DNA of 64,000 nucleotides, from the NCBI GenBank assembly GCA_951406725.2, contig OX597826.1, forward strand, positions 83,762,001 to 83,826,000, in the 5' to 3' direction. Shown piece after piece: positions 39,023-51,225 of this stretch (its first letter is position 1; every line of letters begins with the position of its first letter). The position numbers and the translations under genes were made by a program. The notes under the pieces are model-generated. The model did not search any database. It saw only the letters and a program-made list of their open reading frames with translations, and was not told the DNA's origin. The DNA is from Octopus vulgaris (lineage: Eukaryota).

Positions 39023-40796
39023 TATATACAACATATATACAGCCTAATATACAACAGCACAACTTGCTAGAAATGGCAGCTAAATCAGTCTATCGTCTTA
39101 GAACAAAAAGCCAATGTAGTTAATAATGTAGTCCTAGTTAAAGTATGGTTGAAAAAAAAAATGGAAGGTTTATGGCTGGAACCACACATCCACTCAATCA
39201 GAAATGACTAAAGTCTAAATAACATTCAGAAGAAAATACACACAAACTTGATCAATAAATTCTTTCACTAAATCTCTTCAATCATTAATCTAAACTGTTC
39301 TCAGTTTGTTCTGTCTCTTATGGTTCAATAGAATAGCAACCAAGACTTCAGATTATCCAATTCCAGTGGTTGTTTATGTCTACTCAATACACCCACCACT
39401 CAAACTTGTTGTCAATTGGTATTATTTCCATCATTAATTTTGTAATCACTCATTCTACATCATTCATTTACCTTAAATCTCTGATCCAAGGTTCCAAAGT
39501 TGACTCAACTGATATCCTTCACTAAACACAGTTAAGGAATAAATAAATAAAACTTTCACCATTATGAGGCAAGGTAAGGGTTCACAGATCAGCTCAACTT
39601 TTTTTTGTTCTGATTGCTTTAACGTTCAGTTTTGCCCCTTATCAAATGACTAGGCAGACCAATCAGCCAATTTCTGGGCTAGAAAAATAAAGGGATTTTT
39701 TCAAGAATAAACATACTTTTTTATGCCAACTGAAAGTCAATATTTTTACAAACCTTTCGCATTATGTCGTGCTTGAGAAGACTTATCAAGTTCAACAAAA
39801 TCACAGTCGTGACAGATACTGGTGTCACACAAATGGCACCCATACCAGAGGCATGTAAAAGCACCCATTACACTCTTGGAGTGGTTGGCATTAGGAAGTG
39901 CATCCACCCATAGGAAACTATGCCAAATCAGACTGGTGTCTGGTGCAGCCTTCCAGCTTACCATCCTCGTCAAACCATCCAACCCATGTCAGCATGGACA
40001 ACAGATGTTAAATGATGATGATGATGGTGGTGGTGGTGGTGGTGCCACATAAAAATTTTACAGGTGCTGGTGCTACATAAAAAGCAACCAGTCCACACTC
40101 TGTAAAGCAGTTGGCATTAGGAAGGGCATGAAACAGTAGAAACATGCCAAAACAAGACTATGCAACCTGGTGCAGCTCTCCAGCCCTGCCAACATAGAAA
40201 ACAGACATTAAATGATGAAATTTATTGTCATATCATTTGGAAACAGTTGTTTTCTTTACTATAGAGAAAGTATTAGTAAAAAAATTAACCTCAAAAGTGT
40301 TAATTAATAAATTGTTTAACCTTTATGAGAGGACTGTATTAATCTATCAATCAGACGAACCCTTTTTGTGCTAGAAACAAGATAGACATTTCTTCAAGAA
40401 TTGTATATAGTTTCCTTATGATATCAAATACCTTTTTCACATTTTAAACAATAACATCATTATTTTTCTCATATCTTATAAAGATGCAACACTTTTTATC
40501 AGTAAGCTTTGTCTCCAAAAGGTTAAGAATCAACCATCAAAGATTTCCATATCATTCCTACCGATTAACAGATTTCTTCATTTTCAGACCAGATGATGAT
40601 TCTCCTGGAGTGATGAGAGATGCAATGATGAATGATGAGTGATGGCATATTATCGGCTTTGATGTTTTGTTTAGAAAGAAAACACAAGTCTCAGCTGTAG
40701 ATAGTTTTATTGACTGCTGTGCTGGAAGAAGGCAAGTTTAGCATAAGAGATGCTGCATAAGGCCTAACATGCATGCTTGTGTTTGTGTAGGAGAAA

Positions 40797-40835
<39 letters not shown>

Positions 40836-40994
40836 ATGAGATAACAGCAACAAAAACAACAACAACAATAATAATATAATAGATAGACTCAGACAGACAG
40901 ATGAACAGATAGATAGACAAACAGATAAATGGACAGATAGGCAGACAGACAGGAAGACAGACAGACAGGCAGACACACAGCTAGACAGACTGAC

Positions 40995-41072
<78 letters not shown>

Positions 41073-43764
41073 AGAGAGAGAGAAAGACTTAAGAATACAA
41101 CCATGTGGTCACTATTATTATAATTCTATATTAAATTAAGAAACTGTAAAACAACTTCCTGCTCGTTAAAAGTTGTTTTATCCCAAATTAGTTTTAATTA
41201 AGCAGAATGACAAGGAAAATGTTCGAGCTTGACTATATATCCCAATGAGCTTCTTTTCATTTAAAGGTGTTGGGGTGAAGTTTGAGGGGAATTTAGCTGC
41301 TATTTCTAGTAGTATGAGTTACTACGTAGAAGCTCACTCATTGGATCCTCCTCCTCATTAGTTACATAGTATGGTTGTTTTGAGACATTATCAGCAAAAG
41401 AGAAAAAAATAGAAGAGGCACATGGCAAAATGGACAACTGGGTTGGAAATTGCAAGTAATCTTATAGATTAGCAGCCACTCTCTGAATATGGGACTTTGA
41501 AAAGCTCCACTTCCCTCACAACACACACACAAATGTTGCATTAACAGTATGTGTTCTTATCTTATACTGACCTGCAGAAAATGTCTCTATATTTTAAGCC
41601 AACACCAAACATAGAAAGAGATTTTCTTGCTGTTATATACAATATTTTCATAGATGTCAACCAGATCAGTTTTAATTCTGCATTAGAATTTCATCATCAA
41701 ATGAGTACCTTCTTTAACTGGCAACACAGCCTAGAAATCCATATATTGTACAGAAAGACAGGTGTTTACATCTGACTATATACAATATTAACAAAAAAAA
41801 ATCTATAGATATATAGATATGGTCGTTGGGTAAAGCATACATACAGAGAGACATGCATACTCTCGCTTTTTTTTTTTTTTTAATCTGTTTAATGTGTGAA
41901 AACCAAATGTTTACCTTTGTTTAGAGAATGGATCACAGTAAACAAGCAAGCAATAAGGTGGAAAAAATGAAGACAATTATAACATCATGCTGGAAAAATT
42001 AAAAGAATAAGGAGATGAAATACACACACACATACGTACGTACGTATGTATGTGTGTATGTATGTAAATGTATGTATGAATGAATGTATGTATGAATGTA
42101 TGTGTGTATTTCTATTTTTTGCTTTGTTTTCGTCAATAATCAGCTAATATCATGGCTTGATATTTTCCCACGGTTTGTTAAAACATAAACTTGTCTGATG
42201 TTATCATAATGTATTTCTGTACACGGTCTCATAGCAACCACACAATTTATAGCATTTTGTTCGTCTTCCCCCACTTGCTTGATCATTACTGTAGAAACAA
42301 AACGAACATGTGACTCTCTCGTTAAAGCCTCTTTCAGTCGTGACCGAGCATCCATCTCCACCTGGAAAGTTCCTGAGCAGTTGCCCATGGGTAGATCTCA
42401 CTTCTCCATGCTGTTGATGTTTTCTTATGGAAAGACAAGGGCACACACAGCTTAGCAGCAGTGTCAAAGGAGGTGAATTCAGAACAGGGAACTGGAACAA
42501 ATACCACAAGGCATTTTGTCTCTTGCTCTAGAAGTTTTACAAATCTACACCAGTAACGTAGTAGTAGTAGTATGGGGTGGGGTGGGGACATGCACTGCAA
42601 CAGTGCATTGCTGCATCCACCATTTGTTGGGGATTCCCTACTATTCATGGAAGATGGCACTTCTGCACCAATCAGACGACGACCCTCCAACCCATGGGTC
42701 TGTTTGGGTAGTCATTGCTGGCAAGGCTTTTACAAGGTCAGAGTGCAAGTCTTACCTCAACCTCTTTTAGTCACCTTTCAAGACATGCAAAGTAAACATT
42801 GGGTCTATTCTTTGGCATGCCAGTCCCCACGCAACATTAGCCTAAAGTAAAATGAAGAGTTTTGCTCAAGAACACAACACACCACCTAGTTCAGGAATTG
42901 AACCCCTGACTTGATGATCATGAATCCAACACCTTAACCACTGGGCCACATACCTTCACACCACTCATGTAACCAGTTCTAACCAACAAAGAAACTTGCC
43001 TCTGAGAAAGTTCAATCAAAGAAAGTTCAAACCAACAAAGAAACTTGCCTCTGAGCTTGATTGTAACCATAGTAACAAAACAATGATGAGACCAGAGTTT
43101 TTATTTGACCCCAGGTTATTGATCAGAGCTGACCTGTGACTCTGATTGATCATACCTATGACCACTGGCATTCAAGCCATAACCACTCATTCTTTTTCAG
43201 TCATAGTATCTTTATTCCTTACCACATTACCCAATAGAGAGTGGTTCAAGTTTAATTTGGCTGCTATTTCTACTATATCGAGTAACCCCAAAGAGACTTC
43301 TCCATTGACTTGATAGTTTCCTTAAAAACAAAACTGTTATGTGACCACAGTCATATAAATATAACTAATATTGATCCAACCAGACAGCCTCTATGTTTTA
43401 TAGTTACCATAGAAACAAAATTGTCTTGTGGTCACAGTAATAAACTGCCATTGCACCAGTCTCCATGTTTCCTACACAAACAAAAATGTAATGTGGCAAT
43501 AGTAACAAATAGAAGTGAGTATAACAGGTCTCCTGAATCAACACTGTCCTGCATCTAAACAATAATAGAAATAATTAACCAATTTTAATGATGATAATAC
43601 AAAATTCCTGCACTAAAAAATCCTATCATAAAGTTTATGATGTGTTAACATGCTCCTCTTTTAATTCACTGTTATTATTTTACATAATGGATTCAAACGC
43701 TGACACCTTTCCAAATTTCAATAAATATTGTTTCAAGAATAAAGTTTCGAAAGTAGAAGAATTT

Positions 43765-44104
43765 GAAGGCTTGCTTTGGTACAATGATAGAATGATTGTA
43801 TTGTCTGCAGGAGATGTAGGTTCAATCCCATAGTCAGCCTTCGACATTTTCTATTGAAAAGGGTCATTCAGCCCAACATTTACATGCTACTGCTTATAGC
43901 TTTGTCAGTTTCAAGATCCATTGTTCCACAAAAGAATTGTTTCACTTTTCACAAAAGTTTATAATGACAACAATATGCAATTCTTGTTGAGAAGAACAAA
44001 GTTTCTAAACTGAATAGAAAAATTTGAAGGATTGCTTTGGCCCAGTGATAGAACACAAGTCATGTCCGCAGGAGATGTGGGTTCAAGTCCCACAGGCAGC
44101 TTTT
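43765..44104 (+). pseudogene. Two tandem tRNA-like (Asp-like) decayed units, 261-bp period
   Basis: Units at 43765-43842 and 44026-44104. A-box-like tggcccagtgatag, B box ggttcaagtccc, terminal stem gaaggct/agccttc, T-run downstream. Flanks are also homologous. Confidence 0.55.
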
Positions 44105-44374
44105 GACTTTTTCTTTTCAAAAGGGTTTTTTTTTTCAGCCCAATATCTACATGCTATTGTTTATAGCTTTCTATGTGCCTTGAGCTCCAATTCCAAAAAA
44201 TATTTATTTCACATTCTGTCAAAGTTTAGATTCTTATGAAGTCAATAAAACTAGATAAACAATACTCAAAAAGTATGAAAAAATTGTAAAACAAATTACT
44301 TATCACTTTCCCTGTTGATTTTATATTACTCAATTCACACACATTTACTTGCTCTCTCAGTGTGTGTGTGTGTG

Positions 44375-45240
44375 CAGGGTACAATGGGTAAACTGTCACC
44401 ATTTTATATTTTTTATTTTGCACATGTGCAGTGTTTGTTTTTGATTTTATCAACTACACAGTATAGTAGGGTCAGTTGAGCACTGTTTGTAAAAAAAACA
44501 GCACCATATCGCAATTCACTCTCCCAGAAATTTGAAAACATCATGCTGTACTGCTTGGCATTCAAGCCAGAAGCTCCAATACAAACATTTCAGATTGTGT
44601 GGGTGTCAATCTGAGAACAGCGCAATCTGAGGACATGTACCAAGAGTGATAAAAATCAAGCATCTAGTCAACATCATAGTGTTTGGAGTGATCACTAGTG
44701 ATGATGACATTATGCCTCTATTGATCTTCCCATACGACCTCAGACAAAAAAGGTCTACATCAAATACCTGGAGGAGGTAGTGCTGCCCTGGATCAAGAGA
44801 GTGGCTGCTGGAACACCCTATATTTGGTAACAGGACTCTGCACCATGGCATATAAGCAGGAGAACCCAGTTATGGCTGTCAGACAATTTCTACGACCACA
44901 TCACCCCTGACATCAGGCCACTTAACTCCCACACTGCAACTCACTTAAGTGTGGGGCACAGTTGAGTGAGAGACCAACAAAACTCCCTGTAACACCAAAG
45001 ATGAACTGAAGGCAAGGATTATGGCAGCATTCACCAACTTAAATAAGGAGACCATCCAAAAGAGTTGCAGGAGATTCTGAAGACATCTAGAGGCTGTGAT
45101 TGAAGTAAATCGTGATTTTATTGAATAAATTTACTCAAGATATTCTTATGTAATTTTGGTAAATATATCTGTTAAAATGAGATGTCAGTGGTATTTTCAT
45201 TTTTGCGTAATTTAGATGACAGTTTATTCACCGTGCCTTG
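44375..45240 (+). mobile_element. Tc1/mariner (maT-like) transposon relic, internally deleted
   Basis: Decayed transposase ...IIVFGVITSDDDIMP...YIKYLEEVVLPWIK...YIW*QDSAPWH...NSPHCN..VWG...KDELKARI...LEAVIE... Degenerate TIRs cagggtacaatgggtaaactgtca / tgacagtttattcaccgtgccttg. Confidence 0.85.
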
Positions 45241-45253
45241 TGTGTGTGTGCGA

Positions 45254-45308
<55 letters not shown>

Positions 45309-45334
45309 TACCCACACCCACACATAAATAAATA

Positions 45335-45831
45335 TCTATTATATAAAATCCGTTCTGTCTGTCTGTGTGAGTGTCTTCTAGAATCTTGGGCATCCTCCAT
45401 CCGATTGCGCTCAAATTTGATATGTAGATACCAACGATATCAGGGCACGTATAAGTCTTGAAATAATTACAAAAATCGATTCCAAGTGAGAATGCGATCA
45501 ATAAAGCCGTGGGAACATGCATTTGTATGTGCAAGTACATCAACTGTTGTGTACTGTTTCAACCATGTTTGTGTTCTCCCAGTCAACAGCCTTATCATTA
45601 CTGGTACTTTAAACTCTTCGGTTGCATATTTGTGTGAATAAAATCGTTTTTCTTTGGAACAGAAAAAAAACTCTATCTTTATTTCTTCTTTTGCTGGTGT
45701 CTCAAATTTAGGTTAAATCAGGGTTTCTCAAAGGGGAGGCCTATGGGATGGTCGGACAAGTTGTTTTGAGAAAATTTGGTTTAAATGTTTGACAACTCAG
45801 CACCGTCCATTGGACAGGGGATGTTTTGCTC

Positions 45832-45906
<75 letters not shown>

Positions 45907-45928
45907 CACACATTTATATATATGCTAG
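45335..45928 (+). mobile_element. Non-autonomous Helitron-like element
   Basis: 5' A|TCTATTATATAAAA with (TCTG)n. Hairpin ccgtcc-att-ggacagg at 45803-45818. CTAG|T at 45925-45928 after an intervening microsatellite. Confidence 0.55.
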
Positions 45929-46362
45929 TAGCCCAACCCATGCTAGCATGGAAAGCAGACGCTAAATGATGTTGTAAATGAGGGCCACTGTCATACAAGC
46001 ACTCATTTCTAGTATTCTACAAAAGCACAACAAGCCACAGGGAAATATTACTTTGCAGGTAAACAGGAAGGGTATCCAATAAAACAAAAATCTGCCACAA
46101 ACTCTGACCCATTAAAATTATGATAATGATACATGCACACACACACTCCCTCTCCTCCTCCTTCCTTTCTATGATCTCTATGGTTCTTTCTCACAATGTG
46201 TATAGCATTCATTTATTTATTGTCTGCCACCAAGCCTAGTATGTGTACTTATTCTGCATCTCTCCCACTCACTCTATATGATGTAAAGTGTGACTGGAAA
46301 AAAAAAAACAACATTTATATTGGCTATTATTACTATTATTATTATTATTATTATTATTATGA

Positions 46363-46578
46363 AGGTATCATGTTGGCAGAATCGTTAGAACGCCAGGTGA
46401 AATGCGTAGTGGTATTTTGTCTGCTGCTATATTCTGAGTTCAAATTCCACCAAGGTCAACTTTGCCTTTCATCCTTTAGGGGTCAATAAATTAAGTGCCA
46501 GTGAAACACTGGGGTTGATGTAATTGACTAGTCCCCTCCTCCAAAATTTCAGGCCTTGTGCCTTCAGTAGAAAGGATT
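46363..46578 (+). mobile_element. Meta-like SINE between (ATT)n runs
   Basis: ggcagaatcgttagaacgccagg...gagttcaaattcc...gcctttcatcctttaggggtc...ggccttgtgcc. Confidence 0.78.
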
Positions 46579-46591
46579 ATTATTATTATTA

Positions 46592-46622
<31 letters not shown>

Positions 46623-48086
46623 CAGGAACCTTTCGTAATGCCTCCCCCTATTGGGAGTTTTTCGTTGTTATAATTTTTTATTGTTACACTATTTTTACAT
46701 GGTTTTTTTACAAACGGACAAAACCCTTTGTAACCTTTCGTCCTGTTTTGTCCCTTTTTTGTTATAATTAATTTTTGTCAGCCCTTGTGGCCAATAAAAG
46801 AATTAATTATTATTATTATTATTATTATTTCAGTGGGATAAAAGCACTTTACTAATACTGCAAGTGATACAGTTGGTGACACTGAAGCTGATGATAATGA
46901 ATCTGTCACCGACAGGCCATAAAAATTTAAAGATATTTTATTTGACACAAGGGTAACAGATGAAGAAAACATTACAAGAACAAATTACTTACATGGTGGA
47001 GGGGGGTCGATTATGCAAAGAAAGAAAATGGCATGGAGAATGAAAGTCTTCAAAAGCATGAAAAGTGACATCCCACCAAGGGACAGCCACAGAACCAGAA
47101 TCACACCAATCACTAAAGGAAAGTGCCCTCACACAGTGCTGTTCTATGGTCTTCAGGTGCACACTGAGAGGAGACCCTTTGCACTCACTCTCATCCCCAA
47201 GTGGAACTCAAAAAGAAGTTGAAGAATTTTTGACCAAAAGGGAAAATTTTGGCATTTTTCTAATCATCCGGCAGTAGAGGAATTGATTTTTGCATTTGAC
47301 ATACTGTAACAAAACTGTTAACAGTTGATTTGCCAGCAGCAGTATTGGCACTGTTAATGGTGTTACTGTCAATGCTGGTAGTGGTGGTGGCGGCGGCAGT
47401 GGTTGTGTTGGTAGAATTGGCAGATGTATTGTTGCTGCTGTTAATCTTCATATTTTCATTGTTCTCTTTGTCAACATTGCTGTTCTTTTCTTTACTTTTC
47501 TTGTCATCACGCTTGTTGTTGTTGTCACTGCTATTTATTGCAGCAGTGGTGGTGGAGGTGGTGGTGATAGTGGTAATGCCCCTGTTGCCATCTATCTTTT
47601 CATTTTTGGTGCCGCTGTTGCTGTTGTTGCTGTTGCTGCAGCTGATGATGATGGTTTTGTTATTGCCATTGCTGCCACATATGGCCATGGTGGTAGTGGT
47701 GGTCAGCAAGTTGTATTTCTTTCTTTGTGCAGCATGTTGTTGTTGTTGCTGCTGCTGCTGCTGCTGACATAAAGACTACATCTTGAGCCCCCAAGGAGAG
47801 TAGTGAGAAGAAGCAGTGGGAAATCAGTTTTTGCAATGGCTATTGCAACAACCATATATCATACCATATTTTTGTTTTAAAAGAATAGATTCAAGAGAAA
47901 GTTAACATATTCAACATATTCTACTCCAAAGAGCCATAACAAAATGGAACAGACCAGTTCCTTAGTAGCCTGGTCAGTTGAATAATAAACAATTTTTAAA
48001 CGCAGCTAAAAATTTACGACTGATTCAAACGGACATTCTGCTAATACAAAAACAAAATGACAATAACAACAACAATAATTATAATA

Positions 48087-48583
48087 TCTATATATATAAA
48101 ACTGTAGTTGTGTGAGTGTCTGTCCCCTTCGATTTAGATTCCTAACTACTCCCACATTTTGCGGTGCAGTTTAACCAAATTCGAGTATCTTATAGCCGTG
48201 ATTCATATCGAGCCCGTCTGAGTATTAGCGCGCGTCTACGATGAGTCTACGATTTTAAAAATAATTTAACATCATTTTTTATTCCATTTTAATGCATAAT
48301 TTTTCGTGTGTCGATGGCGGCAGAGTTGGCGTCCATGGTCACACCTGCACCTGTTTGCTTCTCCCCCCTTCTTCCCTCCGTCGTGAAGCTGTGGGGAAGG
48401 GAGTGTAAAGCGTTGTCAAGGAGACCAGCATTCTTTTAGAACAACGACTTCATGGCTTGAAGACACCAAAACAGAAATGGCTAAGAAAGCCCGAATTGGC
48501 ATCTATAAGGGAAGTAACTCTCTAAAAATGCTTATATAGTTATTTCCCTTACAAACCCAAGCAACGCCGGGCAATACTGCTAG
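48087..48583 (+). mobile_element. Non-autonomous Helitron
   Basis: Starts with TC after A and ends with CTAG before T. GC-rich subterminal hairpin cccaagc-aac-gccggg about 10 nt upstream of the CTAG. No TSD. Confidence 0.82.
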
Positions 48584-51039
48584 TTAATAATAAAGCAGAT
48601 CTAAAGAATAGTGTTACTCAACAGTGCAAGGGGTCTCCCCAAAAGTTTTGAAACCAGAAAAGGGAATACCACCCAAGTTCATGGGAAGTGAACAACTGGT
48701 ACATTAATGACACCACCAGCAACAAGCTGGGTGTCTCAGATATAAATATTTGGCAGAGGACCAAAAATTTTGGGAAATGGGGTAAGTCAACTACAGCGAA
48801 CCCAGTGCTTGACTTGTACTTATTTTATCAGCCCTGAATGGATGTAAGGTTAAGTCAACCTTGATAGAATTTGAACTCAGAATGTACAAACAGATGAAAT
48901 GCTGTTAAACATTTTGCCCAGTGGGTTAAGGATTCTGCCAGCTAGCCACCTTGATAAGTTTTGGGGAAGACTTGTAGTCAATACCATTGAATGACTGGTA
49001 CTTTATCAACAGCCAATCCTATGGCAGAAGTCAATTTAAAAAAAGAATCTTTGCATATTATTACTGGTACTTATTTTACTGACCTGTGAAGATGGAAAGC
49101 AAACTTTAACCTGGAGTAATTTGAACTCAGAACATAAAGATTCATAAGTAAACACTATAAATGCATTGATTGCTTAACTCATCCTAATAGATCAACAGCA
49201 AGTGGTTAATGAGAAAACTAATCCTGGTATTTCAATTGCTGATAATGAAAATATATAAATAGCTAAGATGATGATAGGTAAGGAAGCTTAATTAATGATT
49301 AATGCAATTGATTGTCATGGACATCGTTTACACAGGAGGTGAATAAGTGAACTATCTGATAGAAATCATAGTACCACCCACAACAACAATTGACAGACAA
49401 ACAGTTATACACACACACACATGCATAAGGAGTATACACATAATAAAGATAATGGGTGCATCATTCTCAGTTCAAAGCAATACCCAAACTCACGTATGTG
49501 TGTTTGTATGTGCATACATATGTGTAATTGAATGCATATATGTAAATCTATGCAAAGTCTAGAGTGCTGATGGTATGCTCATACACACCGAAGGAATAGG
49601 TAAATTATTCAAAGAGCTAAGATATATGCAAAGAGAGGATCACACACATAAATATAAAAAATATCAAGTAAATCTGAACAATGTGTGTGCGTGTGTGTAT
49701 ATACTAAAAAATGCCAGTACACATGCAAACACACACAGAGTTTGTTTAAGAGTGTGTGTGTGTGTGTGGTTAAAAGCAAGTAAGTTGTTTAAAATAGAAA
49801 GAGAAGTGCAGGAGACATACTCAACTCTTACACCACAAGTGATAGGGTGCTCAGACAAACCTTATGATCTGATTAGGAGTTAGAAATTAAAGAAACCGAT
49901 AGAGTTCAGTGACAGGCAACTGAGCTTACAGACTCTCATTAGACGTAGGCTTAAGGTTTTGCCAATATTAAGGACAACAATATTAATTTCGTCAACGTTT
50001 TCAAAGAAGAAAGTCAATAACTGTAAAATAGGAGAGCAAATCTCTGACACTACAGGATCCAATATTATATTGGAAGCTGTCGAGGAAGGAGACAAACTAA
50101 GGATGACAAGGAGTTGGTCTGTCAAATTACTTTGTGTGTGAACATTTTCATTAGTTTTTGTAATGATGGTTACAATAGATAGACAATTATGTTAGAACAG
50201 TGGTTTCTAGGACAGGCATAATGTCACCTTTTTAGTAAGGAATAGGTGCAATATATTAGCTCAGACCAAGTACTTGCCTGGTATTTATCAACCCCAAATG
50301 GCTGGAAAATGAAGTTGTCCTCAGTGAGATTTATTTTCATAACAATGTAATATAATTAAATAGTGTAGCTTGACTGTTTCAGTCAATCCTCTAGCTTTAT
50401 TGTATTAGAATAAGGATAAAAGAGTTACTCTGTCTATGAGAGGTTGATATGCACATTTAAAACTTAGCTGAGGGATAGTTTCTTACAAAAGTACATACAT
50501 TGTGTCAGATGTCCAGAAGGGATAAAAAACATGTGTACCTTATCGATTATGTACCTTATCATGTCTTCAACAACACTTTACAAATATGCAACAATCCAAA
50601 CAGTTAAGCATTAACCAAATTAACTCAGCTTGGTTTTTTTAATTCCATAGTCTTGATGCCCATGGGATGAGCCACTGTAGTTTTTTCTAAAACTAACAGA
50701 ACCTTATTACTATCAAATTTTATTGACTTTTGTTATTGCTTACCAAATGTTCTCCTGCTTGTTGCAAGGCACTTCAGTTTGGTTGGCAGTGAAAGAGCAA
50801 GAAATTATGCAACATTTATTGAGTTGTAAAAGAGAAAGCTTTAATGAGGTCATAGTTTATGACTACATACTAAAAACTTTAGTGTTTCTACTGCATTAAT
50901 TTGGTTTAGATTCTGAAGCCCTATCAAGAAAATTCATTGGGGGGGGGGGGTAAATATTGGTCAGCTGCCATTCTCTACACTACTGGCAGCTCCTTATGTA
51001 CTAGTTGCTTGATAAATAAACATTAGAGCCCTCACATGG

Positions 51040-51225
51040 TCACAAAGTCTACCTGAAACAGCAGCCAAGTCTCCTTTAAATTTAACTATATTGTTTTAGA
51101 AATGAAAAGTACTTTTGGATAATGCAGTCATTGGCTTACTGCATTACAAACTGATGGGATGGTCACAGCTGGAATGCCAATGATCACAAATTTACCCAGC
51201 TAGAGCTGATATGGGGCTAAAACAA
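51040..51225 (+). repeat. Representative of an old ~200-bp dispersed repeat family (more than 12 copies in the window)
   Basis: Consensus ...ctagaaatagcagccaaatctccctcaaatcacac...ggatggtcatggctggaatgcctttgatca...gctgacctggggctaaacaacaac recurs on both strands. Confidence 0.7.

Noticed and set aside
42140-42850. Cluster of overlapping 80-120-aa ORFs
   Set aside because: No recognisable domain; looks like decayed repeat-derived sequence and cannot be classified by eye.
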